A stretch of DNA of 63,546 nucleotides, filler included. It is 7 parts of 7 records of this genome, joined end to end, with 100 filler letters (N's around TTAATTAATTAA, not from the genome) between each part and the next. Parts side by side here need not be neighbours in the genome. Positions count along the whole stretch, not along the records: positions 23,176 to 37,307 come from SRR2962707_4715; positions 37,408 to 46,422 come from SRR2962707_4726; positions 46,523 to 54,445 come from SRR2962707_4731; 4 more parts are not named here. The stretch is one strand, 5' to 3'. This document shows, piece after piece, positions 34,101 through 46,753 of the stretch (positions are counted from its first letter, which is position 1; every line of letters starts with the position of its first letter). Made by a program: the position numbers and the translations under genes. A model generated the notes under the pieces. That model worked only from the letters and a program-made list of their open reading frames with translations, did not search any database and was not told the origin of the DNA.

Positions 34101-36763
34101 GCTGCGGCCGAAGAACGGAAAAATGCTCGCACTGTCCATCGAAGCCTTCCTTTTGGTGCATTAGATGACGACGCCATCAGCAGCGACGATGATCTGGGCG
34201 AGGCTGAAGTTGAAGGCATTGAGCCATATCGATTCAGACGCGTCGTCGCTGGGGCACGGCTTTGAGCACCACTACTGCGCAGGTTTACACTACTAGACGT
34301 CTTGCGTAGCGACTTTGAGCGCGAGAACCCTGGGCGCACTACCGAAGTGTCTTCAAATTCCACACTCCATATTTTTACCTCTCCGTCGGCACACGCCGTG
34401 GCAACCACTGTTGACGCGACGACGTCACTTGACTGTCCTGCCGAAGCGCTCTGCTGCTTAGAGGGAAACTTCCAAACCATAATTTCCACCACCTCTTTGT
34501 TGTGAAAGCGGTCAGGGGACTCCGCTGCATCAGATTCGAAACTCGAGAGACTCCACGCATGGACACCGCCATTATCCAGCCCAGCCAAAACCACCGCGCG
34601 CTGCAACCGCTCCCCTACCGCGCTCCCATGCCGAGGGATGATTGCGAGGGCGGTAACTGAATGCAGCACGCCACTTGCCTCTGTTCCAGATCGGGGAACA
34701 AGAGTACGAAGCCGCGTCCCCTGCGGCATACTAACTACATCGACAAAGCCCGTGTTCCATCCCACGAGGGTGCAGCCCATCGCCTCACTGTACAGCACGC
34801 GAGTGACTTTCGCCTTGGCTGCTACCGCAGTCGCTACGCCGATACGCGAATGCGGGGGCAGCTTTGATTGCTGCGTGCCCGCACCGCTGCCATCAACGGC
34901 GCTGGAGGTGCGCAAATTACCATGAGTCGAAACCGTCATGACTCGCAAGCTCGAGGATGAAAGATCTCGTGCAACAGCAGACGGCGCACGCAAAGATGGC
35001 CTGCGGACTCGGTTTCCGCGTGGACCCGAAGGCGACGCTAACGCAGTCATAGTAGCCTCTGCCTGCTCCGGGTCTTTGCCATCGGACGGACTGTAGATGG
35101 TTCCGTACAGGATGGCTTCATTGTCACGATCACATCCAGCACTCAGCGGTGGCTTGGACTCAATTGAAACTTGAGCTTGCAAATGCATATAACCATCTGG
35201 GGTGGGAAGAGTGGCGACTTGCTGCAAGCAGGAAGACGCAGATCCATTACGAGGGTCGTGCAACTTCAACAACAACAGCGAGTTCGTGGACGCCACCACG
35301 ATGAACAAGTCAAAAGGGCCCTTGCGAAAACCTGAACTGGGTGCTTCACTCGTCCCAGCGTCGCTGGCCGGGACACGCATGAAGCACATTGTCGTTACCC
35401 CATGCTCAACCTGCCTCGCTGCAGCGCCAGGGCTCAATGCCTCATTGCGCCTGCGCTGGGTTTCAAGCGAAAGGCTTGCCATCCGCCGAACACCGTGATC
35501 TGTTACATGCCAGCAGCACAAGTTCTCATTTGCATCCAGAGTAGCCAGGACCACGTCATCGTCTCCAGGCTTGGGTGGCGCAGCAACCGTTGCAGGATGC
35601 AAGTGCGCCCCGTCGGCCTTGTTCTTGACTGGCCGCAAGCTTGATGTTGCAGTTGCAAATGCCACAACTGGCGTTTCAAGAACACCATCACCAACTCGAA
35701 CTGTGGCCTGGAACTCATCTGTCCAAGCATCAAATGCGGATTCCTGGGCAGGGAACGTCAACGTAAGGCTGTTGTGGTATCCAACGAACAACCCCCCATC
35801 CTGGTAATCGCCTTGAAGAAGGCCTGCCATGGATTGCTTCAAGATGCCTTGCTCATTATCCCAAATGCATACGATGCCGCCAGGTGCAACGTTGCCGATA
35901 ATATGACCGAGAACCTCGTCAAACGCCACAGCACAGACAGAACCGCCCCCAACATCGGCTGTGGTAATCTCCAGCCGCTGTGTCAGCCGATACGGTGCGG
36001 CTTTTGAGTTTTTGCTGTGGCGCAAGCAAAAGACATTGATCCCGCCAGGAGCTTTGACCGCGTCCGAAGCGTTCGCTTGGCTGGGGTTGGGGGCACTGGC
36101 CGAGCTCAGACCGATTGCCAGCTCTCCATTCGTGTGATTGAACGCCGCGTGCGTGACAGACTGGCCGGGTTGCGAGACCTGCTCGTTGAGATAGGTGCGA
36201 ATGAAGAAGTCTCCGCCTGCCACAGCGGGTGTCCGAGGTTTAATAATCTTCCCCGCGCTACCGCTCTTTGCGCTTAACTCCCGTTTCTTTTTCTTTTTCG
36301 AAGCCTTCGATGGGGGGGTCTCAGCCCTCGACTCCACGCAAACAATCGTAGCCTTGCAACCACTCTGACCTTTGCGTAGGCCCTGTGCATCAATCAGAGC
36401 AACGCCCCCGGAAGTGCTCTCCGTGTTTCCACTCACTCCATCGTCGACGATGATAAAACACTTGCGGGTCGGAACGTACTCCACGAACACGGCCGTCTTA
36501 CCGAAGGGTAGCGACGCAATCTGCGACAGTGTGTCGTCCCCGAACTTGAACGCCACAATGTCGGTAGATGTGACTGCAACGAGCACACCGTGTTCCTCAT
36601 CGAAAGCGACTTTGTGGAGGAAGGTTTCTTGAGGCCCATTTCCAGCCGCGTTGCGAGGCGCGCCCACAGGAACTTGGTTGAGCACTTGGACAAGTCCGGG
36701 AGCTTCCGCTTGAGTTCCACCCCCACCACCACCAGCAGAGCTGCCATCAGCGTGGAAAGCCAT
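25140..36763 (-). CDS. Giant (~3,615 aa) protein: N-terminal WD40-like propeller region, RS-rich linker, long charged coiled coil; 8 exons
   Basis: Introns 33430-33538 (GC-AG), 33082-33192, 31561-31654, 31172-31283, 30784-30899, 29822-29948 and 29536-29642 give one open frame of 10,848 nt. WD-like VATACADGEVKIW, LAGLDNGGVHAW, LHSGRVTAL..LLSASNDCTICL. The true start may lie upstream. Confidence 0.7.
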
Positions 36764-37307
36764 TGAAGGCAGACCACAGGCTTCAACTTTAGCCCTGGCG
36801 ACAAAGGCCAGGACGAAGAGTCGGGCTCATCCTTCCGAAGTTCGAAGTCGAATATTTCAAAAGTCAAAGGAACAGGCTCAGGCTCGGCCCTCAAAGGGTC
36901 ACAAGCCACGTCCCCTCACCTCACCCAACTCCAAACCACCCTCACAACCACCACACAGACCTCAGGGGAGTAGAGTTCTACCAACGGCACCAACACAAAG
37001 ACAAAAAACAAAACAAAAACAAAAAAAAGGACAAAAGAAACGACCGCGAAAGGACAAACGCACAACAGCGCGGCGCAGACCGTTCCCCTCGTTCGTGGTC
37101 AACCACTCTTTCGAGTGGAAGTCAACCGAAAATGTTGTTGAACGCCACGCCACACAGCAGCAGCAGCTTCGACCCAACCAAAGGACACTCCAACAGCGAG
37201 TGAGCGAGAGAGTTGTGAGAAAGTGTTGAACGCCACACAGCAACAGCTTCAACCCAACCGCAGTAGACTCCAAACGACCAGACGAGTGAGTGAGTGAGTG
37301 AGTGAGT

Positions 37308-37407
37308 NNNNNNNNNNNNNNNNNNNNNNNNNNNNNNNNNNNNNNNNNNNNTTAATTAATTAANNNNNNNNNNNNNNNNNNNNNNNNNNNNNNNNNNNNN
37401 NNNNNNN
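37308..37407. other. Artificial contig spacer, flanked by (GAGT)n and (CAGG)n microsatellites
   Basis: N-TTAATTAATTAA-N. Confidence 0.98.
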
Positions 37408-37496
37408 CAGGCAGGCAGGCAGGCAGGCAGGCAGCATCTCGGTTCGCCCCTCCTGCTCCTGGGCACACGCGGTGGACCGATCCAGCCATTCTCAGC

Positions 37497-40400
37497 ATGG
37501 CCACCGACTCGGAGCTCCTCGACCTCGTGAGCATCGAGCCGCAGTCCGCGGCTGATGCCGAGGCCGTGTGGGCGAAGGTTCTCGCCTTCCCAGCCGACAG
37601 GACGGCAGCTTTCAACGCCCGCGACTACGACAAGCGACTGCCATTGCACGTGGCCGCGCTTCGCCAGGCCCCCAGTCAGGTGCTACGCTTTTTGGCAACT
37701 CGTACTGTTCGGACGTATCGAGCTCACGTTCAGACCCAGCAGCAGCAGCAGCAGCAGCTTTACGATGGGCAGGATCCAGATGCTGAGACTGCCGCAGCAG
37801 CACAAGCAGTCGCAATGGAAGCCGCGGGAGGAGCTGCAACTGCTGTGCCACTCTCATACATGATTGTCGCCGGTATGTGGGACGAGGTGCTGTCAGCTGT
37901 TGAAACCGTTCCGGATGCCACGCTGGAGGCGGTGGACGTGTGGAATCGGACGCCGCTTGTGTGGGCAATTAGTTGCGGAGCTCCGGCAACAGTGCTGGAT
38001 GCTTTGGCAGCGCGACTTCCGTGTGGCGCTTGTACTTGTGAGACGCAGCAACGTCGATTCGCTCTGCATTATGCGACCGAGAGAGTGAATCGGCACCCGG
38101 AAGGACCCGATGCGGGCGCGTTGCTCGCGGAAAAGATCCTGAACGCACATCGGCCGGCCTGTCGTGAACGAGAGGCGCAGTTTGGGGTACTCCCGCTTCA
38201 TCTTGCTGCGAGTCACGGGGCACCAAAGCACTTGATTTCGGCCTTGCTGGCTGAGTTTCCCGAAGGCATTCATGTTCGAGATACAGGAGGATACTCTGTT
38301 TTGACCTACGCGGTTGGAGGCAACTTGACAGGAGTAGTACCTCCAATATCTGCGCTCGAAGAAATCATTTCGGCAATGCCGATGGCTTTGCAGCTTGGGG
38401 ACAGAGACTACCATTGCCAGCCCCTTCACTGGGCTTGCTTTGACTCCGCTCAACCTTTTGAGGTCATTGAACTTTTAGTCAATAAGTGCGTTGTCGATTC
38501 CATTTGTCGCATTGGCGAGTCAGCCCAGTCAATTGGTTGACGATCCATTATTTTCGGTGGTGACTTGTTTTCGTGCTGACTTCGGATATGTTTTAAAGAT
38601 CTTTGAGTTTGTACGTGCGATGATCAGGTATCCGGAAAGTCTGTTCGTGCGAGACAAGTCGGGAAAGCTTCCTATTATGTATGCTGCGCTCCGAGACACG
38701 TACGTCATGGTGCGCGCTGCGCTTTTCTCTTTTACTCGCTCCGTTATTGACTTTTCACGGGCTTGCGCCTGCCGCACTTGGGCTGCCTGATGTGGGATTC
38801 AGGTCAACTCGTGACTCGCATGCGGTGAGGTGTTTGGAAGTGTGCAAATATCTGTACAAGAGCATGACCAAAGCTACGACCAACAAGTCTGCAAGACAAA
38901 GCTCAGTGGGACAAGTGGGCGATGCTGCTGGCGTTGAGTCTTGGACAACTTTGCGAGCGAGTGCGAAGGCGCCACCGCTTCCAGGGCAGTCTCCAAGCTC
39001 TGATGTCACGCTTTCAGATCTTCATTCTATCTTGCAGGACGCGGTATGCCCACTTGTGAAGCGATGGGCTCAAACGCTGACATGTTACCTTGGCCGGTTC
39101 GTGGGGTTGTCATTGTGCACGTTGTCGTGATTTTTGTCGCCACCATGCCGACTTTGATCTTTTCACAACAAAACAACTTGCAGAATGCGCGTGGAATTTG
39201 CTTACACATTTCCAAATGTTTGAATGTAGGTACTCCGTGGCCCCTGGACGAGCGGTGCATGCTTCAGCAACTGCTACAGTGCGTTTGGCTCGGGACGAAA
39301 CATGCCACCCTGCAGCTCCGGTTGCACTCAAGTGGATGCGTAATCGAGATCAGTTTGTGCGAGAAATAAAGCTCCGCCAGCAGGTTGGCTGCGGAGGCTC
39401 GTACGTCGTCCCTGTTCGCGCATGGCACGTTCCCAAAAAAGAGTTTGACAATATTATGTCAGAGCTGCGCAAAAGCAAAAATGCCCTCTCGTTGAAGGCA
39501 CTGTCACCTCGTTCGCTACGAGCGCGACGGAAAGCGGTTGCAGCTGCAGCTGCCTCAATTGCAGCTCAAAAGTTTGCAATCGGTGATTTCCTTCCATCGG
39601 AGAAATGCCAAGATATATTAGATCTAAGCGACAGTGTTGACGAACCTCAGGAGGACATAATATTTACTGAAGAAGGTGTCGATATGCCTTATCTTCTCGT
39701 CATGGACAGTGGAGGACCATCGCTGTTTCACGTCCTCGCCTCCCAGCGCATCGCTGGAATTGATTCAGCCAAGTGCAGTGCCCTTTTTAAGAATCTTGTG
39801 GAACAGACTGCACGTTTGCACGCGGACGGAGTTGCTCATTGCGACATCAAGCCACGGTACGTGCAAAAGGCATGCCACGAAATGGTAGCTGTGATCAGCG
39901 TCATTGCTTACAGTTTTGAACTAAACGGCTACCTCGCGATGGATACATGACACAGCAACGTCCTTTGCAAAGAAGAAGTGACTAACAACAATGTCACGGG
40001 TGGGACTTCGCCTCATTCAAGCCATCGTAAAGAAGAAATTGAGCCAATTGAGGCAAAACATGTCTCGGACGAAGAAGGTTTCGGCAGCAACGGAAAAGAA
40101 AGTGATGTTGAGTCTTGCAATGATGAAGCTATCTTGCTAAGTCGCCCCCCTCTGCGAAGTGCAAAGAGCTTCTTGGTGCGTTCGCGAAGTGCTATGAATT
40201 GTGCATCTTGGAAATGGCCACTTGATGTTGATGTCTACGTTGGATCTACTGCTTCTCGAAAGGTCCATCGTGACCCAGAAGATAAAAAAGCAACACAGCC
40301 ATCGTTTTCGCTGCAACTGTGCGACCTTGATGCTGCTTTGCCTCTTGGATCGATTTTTCCGCGTGGAATGAAGTTTTCGAGTGCATACTTTGCACCTGAG

Positions 40401-43400
40401 GTTGCCATTTGGCACGCAGCAGACCCAACGTTGTCAATGGAGGTAGTTGGCACGCATTGTGTTCTGCTCTGTTGAGATCTGTATTTGGAGGTCAAGTTGC
40501 AAGTCGTGTCGTACTGAATTCGATGATGATGTTTACGCGCAGGACCGACCGATTCTGCAAGTTGACGAAAGCCTGGACGTGTGGTCGTTAGGCGTTGTCT
40601 TGTACGAAATCTGCACAGGTCAGCATTTATTCCCGCAAGACATGGGGAACGACAACATGGTGAATCCACTGGACATAGCACGCTTGCGTGTGTGGCTTTG
40701 CGCGGACGACGACTTGCTGCGTCATTGCTTTAGCCAACAATCAGACGAAGAAGACACGTTCATGGATACGTCCGTGGATGATATGAGTCCTCATAGTCCT
40801 GGAGGTAGCGCTCTTGGGACCCAGACCAGTGCTGCAGTACAACTCCAGCGACAAAGAAAAGATGCACAGCATCTCATCCGTTGGTGCTTGCAGCGAGACC
40901 CGCAACAACGACCATCACTGAATCAGATCCTTTCACACCGATTCTTAGGTGGGTCTCTCGTCCCACCCAGTCCAGATGTTGTAATGGCTGCCGGTGGCCC
41001 GGTGATCGCACAAAATTCTAGACGAATGAGGTACCACTATTTCATTTCGCACATGCAGGCAAGTCCACTTGTGTTCGAGGAATTTGCTGAAAATGTCAAA
41101 GTATCAGTGTCGTCACAAACGTTCCCACAGCTGTCGTTGCACCAAACTTTTGCTATTTGCGTGGTTGGGTAGGCGGAAGCGAGTGGAGACTGCGGCACTC
41201 TGTTTCATCTCTTAACAGGAATGGGATTGAAGTGCTGGCGTGACATGAACCAAGCAAATATTACTGAGGACGCTATGCGACAGGGCGTGTACGTTTGTGC
41301 TGCGCGTCGATTATCGTACCATTTTCCTTGCCAACCTTGTTCCCTTGCTTGACGAAATCATTCAATGCGGTTTGCATGCAATGGGCTTCTCATCTCATTA
41401 GTTCCTGTCTCGCCTATTTTGTTTGTCTGTCTGCGTGGGCTCATCGTAGGTATGACGCCGATGTGTTTATATTGTTTCTGACAAACAGTGTACTCTCACG
41501 CCGATTTTGTCTTATGGAGATTGGGTGGGCCATCCAGTTTCAGAAACCAATCCTCGTTGTACAGGAACAGGAAGAACGGTTCTGGCCTTGGGATATGCGT
41601 AGGTGGCAAAACGATTGCTGTACTCGTGTGCGTGGCCAATGGGTCAAGGGCGAGTTGGGGGTATCCTTTGCGGACTGTCCAACAGCCGTAAAACAATTAA
41701 TCATAGAGATCAACGATTCTGGGACTGCTCTGCCGTTTCGACGCCGCGACTTTGAAGCAGCTGCACTGGTGCACGAGATCGCAAAGCGTTCAAGTAGATT
41801 TGAAGACGTACTTTGGGGGCGTGGCCTCCCGTGGCAGCAACCAACGACGCATGTTCCTGGGTTTCGATCGGTTCGATTTCTTCGGCAATTGGACTCTCCA
41901 GCGGGTGCTGTTGTGGAGCAGGAACTCCGCAAGTCATTTGAGTACCTGTGTAGCCCGCAGTCGCTTGTGTGGAGCAGCAACAGCGCCAGTCCGAGCGAAG
42001 ATGGTTTGCCACCACAGCGGCCATCCCACGCGATTGTATTGCTGTGTTTGGAAATGATCGAGAAGGATGGCCCCGTCAAGGCGGAATTGAAGACATTGGT
42101 ATCACAAGGTGTCCCAATCCAATATATTTATGTCGCAAACAGTACGACGGGTTTCGATGCAGATGACAAAAGTCGCAGTGCGCAATTCGATGACGGGGTT
42201 GCATGGGATTTTGGTGTATTTTATAGTGGGCCTGAAAGCGAGGTAAAAGCCTCGATTTCCAGCCACGAGGCTTTGGTCTACCGTCCTTTTAACCCTCGGC
42301 CTCGGCGATATGAGCACAAGGCTCTTGTGCGAGAGCTTTTGAAACGCATGCAGCCTGATGCTTCAGGTCACGAGATGGACTGTCCTGCAGCCTCACCTCG
42401 CTCCGTCGGAGCACAGAAGAACGGGCCCGAACCCCGAGTTGAAGAGGACAAAGGAGGAGCGGAGGTTTCTGCTGCGGCAAAAAGTTGGTTGCACTTAACG
42501 AAGCGGCCAGCCTTCAGCGGTAGCGACGTAGTCATCGAGGCTGCGAATGGCCACCACACACACACCGTAATACTTTGTCACGGCCTGTACTGCACAGGGC
42601 ATGATTTTCAGCTCCTTCCTTTTGTTGTTGACACTTTGATGAAACGTATCGAACAGCTCAACACGACAGCAGGCATTTCAAATTCGACAAAACAGTCATC
42701 AGTTCCGGATGCGACACGTTCGCAAATGGCTGCGCCGTGGGGCGGTGTGCGCTACATCTTCCCAACAGCTCCAAAACGGACAATATCTTGGCCAGTGGGT
42801 ACGTCTTTGAAGGTGCTTACTTCGCCGTTCTCTTGCATTGTGTTTGGCGGTCTTCGGCCTGTCTGACGCACGACTTGCAACAGAATGATGATGGGTTTTG
42901 AATGGATTGTGTGCAAGGTGACGAAGCCGGTGTTCATGCGTGGTTCAACTACTTTTCCGACGAAACAGGCAACGATGCGTACGACGATATTGATGTCGAA
43001 CAGCTGGACGCAGCAACAACGAAACTTCATGCAATTCTTGACTACGAGTTTGCAGCGCTGGATCCACGTGGTGCGTAAAGTCACATGTGCGGTTTTGATG
43101 TCTCGGGTTGGAGAGCTTCGAACCCTGAACAATGTCGTGCGATTGTCTTAGGAAGCGGAGAGAACAACAATATCAACGCTGTCCTGCTTGGTGGATGCTC
43201 ACAGGGAGGTTTGTTTTCTTCAAACATGCTTGCCTTGAATTGCGTGCTGAAACGTGATTTTCCGCACTCACTCCAATGGATCTTCGTCGCAGTGCATGGC
43301 TAAGAATACCCACAAACTCTTGGATTGAACAACGCTGGTAAATACATTATGATGCTTGGGTAGGAACCATGGCTCTGCATGCTGGACTAACATATGCAGA

Positions 43401-44030
43401 AAAACAAAAGCGGAGAAAACGCAACCGACACCATGGGCCACCGCGACACACACTGGCGGCGATTGTGGCTCTGCGCACCATTTTATTGGAAGAAACTCCG
43501 CTGTACGGAGGCTCAGCGCCTCCAATTCGAATATTTTCTGCTGCAGAAGACGAGGTTTGATGCACTGCGCTAGTGGTACTCAGGAATGCGAAACCTGGTC
43601 GTCGTGCTTGTTTTGCTAACAGTTGGTATCGTGCAGGTTTTCGTTGGCGCCCTTCAGAGACGTAGTTTTGCTCGGCTTGCCGCCTGTGGCGACGCAGACG
43701 TTGAGTGGCATGTGGAGCCCGGACTCACTCATGTTCGTGTGCACTTCGTGTGCACTACTGTGAACCACGAGCGTATCGACGCCGTAATGGTTCACACTGT
43801 GATATTTGTTTTGGACAGCATGCATAATTACTGTGCGGTGTCGGTGATTGTCCCAGGTGATGGATTCTGTTATGGAGCTGTGGTACGTCGCTAAAGTTAT
43901 GGCGATTCAATTCTTTGGAGTCCCAGCAAATCATCCTGGACTCGACGCTGCTCTCGGTCGAAAGCAATGGGAGGGGTGGAAAACCACCAGCGAAGTGCCG
44001 CCGCGTCGGCAGCTACCAGTCTGCACTTAA
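37497..44030 (+). CDS. Ankyrin repeats - Ser/Thr kinase - TIR - degenerate TIR-like - phospholipase/carboxylesterase (APT-like alpha/beta hydrolase) fusion, ~1,706 aa, 13 exons
   Basis: Exons 37497-38485, 38628-38699, 38803-39096, 39230-39856, 39956-40442, 40543-41058, 41173-41288, 41450-42798, 42918-43070, 43152-43208, 43364-43554, 43637-43732, 43857-44030 sum to 5,121 nt in frame. Motifs: LPLHLAA; VALK..E, HCDIKPRN, DLD, APE, DVWSLG; FISH...CWRDM...DVFILFLT..SRRFCLMEI; HGL, FPTAP, GCSQG, D, H. Confidence 0.8.
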
Positions 44031-44102
44031 AAGAATTTCAATAAAAATTACCAATCCAAAATTCAACATACCATGAACGTGCCTGCAGACAACAGCCGCG
44101 GT

Positions 44103-45995
44103 TTACATCAGTTTTTGTGCTTGTCTTCTGCACATGTATTTGGGATTCGTTGCAATGAATACTATGCTGTCAGTCCCATACACCCTTTCAGCGTTCACAA
44201 CGTTGAAATGATCAGACAACAGACAATTCAAACGCTTTGTGTGCTCGTGTGATCGGTGCCCAGCATTTGCAGCAACAACACAACCTTCGGAGCTGCTGCA
44301 AAGTTTGCCAATGTCAGACCAAAGTTGAGACTTGAACACACACTTTGCTAAGGATCGTTCTGACAAGAGGTCGACAACAATGCCTGAAAAGCAAGCGCCC
44401 TCGCGAGGACACCCCTGATCGGAGGCCAGTTCGGCAGCTTTTGTGCAGAAAGACAGAGCATCTGCGTGGTGGACTGTGGTCGACAATATTTCGCCAGTGG
44501 CCTGGTTGCGTGGACAAAAGTAGCGTGCAGCTCGGATGACTTGTTCGTCGATCTCAACACATTCAACTGTTCCACCTTTTTCGACAATAGCCCGCGACAT
44601 GAGACCACCTCCAAACCCAAGAACGAGGTAATGATCGGCCTGCTTGTTTGTGCATGAGCTCTTGGGTTGCAGTGTCTCGTTTTCAAAAGTCCCGTTGGCA
44701 CGTGAGGCACTAAAGAGAGCATCGACAATGGTTTTTCGGTATCCGCACAAACTCCACAAGGGCATTGGTTGACAGAGCGGCACGATAGACGTTCGGTTTT
44801 TGGCCGTACGACCATCGCAAACACTGGGTGGTGGACATGCTGGTAGCGCAAACAACATGTCAGACTCTGCGAATCCTTGTTCCCACAAACCGGAGGGCTC
44901 AAAGAACAATCTCCGAAGCACGGTCGATACAGGTTTCGAAGGCTCACTTGACACATGGCGCTGTTTGCGCAACACCGTGGGCTTCAAACGAACATCAACC
45001 ACAGCAACACCTTTGGGGTGCACATACGATACTGCATGAAAGAGGACATTGAATGCATCTGGTTGCCTTCGCTGCACTTCCTGCAGCAGAGACCAAACGT
45101 AAGTCGCACCATCGAGGAGTCCGTGAACAGAGTTGTCGCTTTCGGCTTGATTGGTTTCTTTTTCGAATGGCTGCAATTTCGGTTGCTCTTGGTCATGGCA
45201 TGGTGTAAACAGTGCGGAGATGGCAATGATACTGTCCAAACAATCCTCCGCGGCTTCAGCAACATCTCGGTTGCTACTGCGGCGAAGAGCAAGAAGAGGA
45301 ACCAACACGTTACATTCTATCAACCAGAGTATGGTCCGTGCAGGGAGAACACTCTTGTTCCGAGAGTTTGAGGTTTTCAGGTTGCGTTTGCGCTCGACCA
45401 CGCAACGTTCTGCACGGCGAAGGGTCGATTTGGGGGTGACGGCACTATGACAATGGCAGAGATGCAAATACAGTAGATCCAACGCAGCAGCAATGCGGTC
45501 GTCATCGGCATCATCATCGCTGTCGTCGTCCTCGGTTTCAACAGCAATGCCGCCAACATTGGTCTTAGGATGTGCCTTGTCGATGGCGGATTGGGATGCA
45601 CGCTGCAAAAACCTTGCATTTCGGTGCCTGTTGAGGTGTGTATTGCCCCACAGGCTTGCCACGACGTGTGCTAGCAAGCAGCGGTAACGCCCTGGAGGCA
45701 AATCTGCCCACGGAGCGGATTTCCCATCGCGAATGCAGTCTGCTTGAAGGTCAAGCTCTGTGCTTGAAAAGATCCACTCCGGTTGCCCAGTTAGGGAAAA
45801 AGAGTCAAAGGCCGCAGCCAAAGCCACTGGAAGAGAAGAATTCATCACCGCTGCATCCTCATACCCGGTTGTGGGAGCAGCAGCGGCGCAACCTCTCTTC
45901 GAAATGGGAGACCCCGGTCCACGCAACTTTCGTTTAAAGCAAGGCTGAGCATCTCTGCCAGCACTCGGCGAGCAGGCACCAGTGCTGCTCGCCAT
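44103..45995 (-). CDS. Protein with C-terminal class I SAM-dependent methyltransferase (spermidine-synthase-like) domain
   Basis: YLVLGFGGG, VECVEIDEQVIRAARYF, HADALSF, GIVVDL. N-terminal region not recognised; start uncertain (frame open to 46118). Confidence 0.7.
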   Translation of the reverse strand: MASSTGACSPSAGRDAQPCFKRKLRGPGSPISKRGCAAAAPTTGYEDAAVMNSSLPVALAAAFDSFSLTGQPEWIFSSTELDLQADCIRDGKSAPWADLPPGRYRCLLAHVVASLWGNTHLNRHRNARFLQRASQSAIDKAHPKTNVGGIAVETEDDDSDDDADDDRIAAALDLLYLHLCHCHSAVTPKSTLRRAERCVVERKRNLKTSNSRNKSVLPARTILWLIECNVLVPLLALRRSSNRDVAEAAEDCLDSIIAISALFTPCHDQEQPKLQPFEKETNQAESDNSVHGLLDGATYVWSLLQEVQRRQPDAFNVLFHAVSYVHPKGVAVVDVRLKPTVLRKQRHVSSEPSKPVSTVLRRLFFEPSGLWEQGFAESDMLFALPACPPPSVCDGRTAKNRTSIVPLCQPMPLWSLCGYRKTIVDALFSASRANGTFENETLQPKSSCTNKQADHYLVLGFGGGLMSRAIVEKGGTVECVEIDEQVIRAARYFCPRNQATGEILSTTVHHADALSFCTKAAELASDQGCPREGACFSGIVVDLLSERSLAKCVFKSQLWSDIGKLCSSSEGCVVAANAGHRSHEHTKRLNCLLSDHFNVVNAERVYGTDSIVFIATNPKYMCRRQAQKLM

Positions 45996-46422
45996 CACAA
46001 CGAAGGGCTCACCGAGCGCAACTTTGAGTGTGATGGCATAATCAGCAGCAGTCAATCCCGCTTCGAGCAGAAGGAGCTTAGACGCTACGGACCGTTTCGT
46101 TGGCGTGTCTTTCCCCACTTTTTCGCCTGAATATCACGACCCTTCCTTGTTTTACTCACCTACGACGGCCCTTCCACTCAACTTCCCACTCAACAGGGGT
46201 GAACAACAACCCACTGCCGCATCCAGCCAACGTGCATCCGTAATTGACCCCCCCAGTCAGTCACTCGCTTGGTGACAGCGAGCCTTGTTGTGAAGTGAAG
46301 CACAGGAAAAAAAATGAAAAAAAAAATAAAAATTGCGCGGGCTCGAAAATGGTTTGGGTGTAGAAGCTGTTCGAGGGCGGTATGCCCCTTTGAAAAAAAC
46401 AAAAAACAAAAAACAAAAAAAC

Positions 46423-46522
46423 NNNNNNNNNNNNNNNNNNNNNNNNNNNNNNNNNNNNNNNNNNNNTTAATTAATTAANNNNNNNNNNNNNNNNNNNNNN
46501 NNNNNNNNNNNNNNNNNNNNNN
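46423..46522. other. Artificial contig spacer
   Basis: N-TTAATTAATTAA-N. Confidence 0.98.
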
Positions 46523-46753
46523 GCTCTTATGACGAGCTGCTTTGTTTTTGTGATATAGGCCTTTATCAGCTGCTTTGTCTAGCTTAGATGTAGCTAGAAC
46601 GTAAGCTGCTTGTGCATCAGCTTGATTACCTGCTTCGATGGCTGCATCTACTTTTTTCAAGTATGTGCGAACCATAGAGCGCAGGCTACCATTATGAGCG
46701 CGACGTTTGATCGCCTGGCGCGCACGTTTTTTTGAACCGGCGGAATTTGCCAC
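46523..46753 (-). CDS. rpsT: 30S ribosomal protein S20 (3'-truncated)
   Basis: GTG start; [28 protein letters not shown]...[10 protein letters not shown]. Confidence 0.95.
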
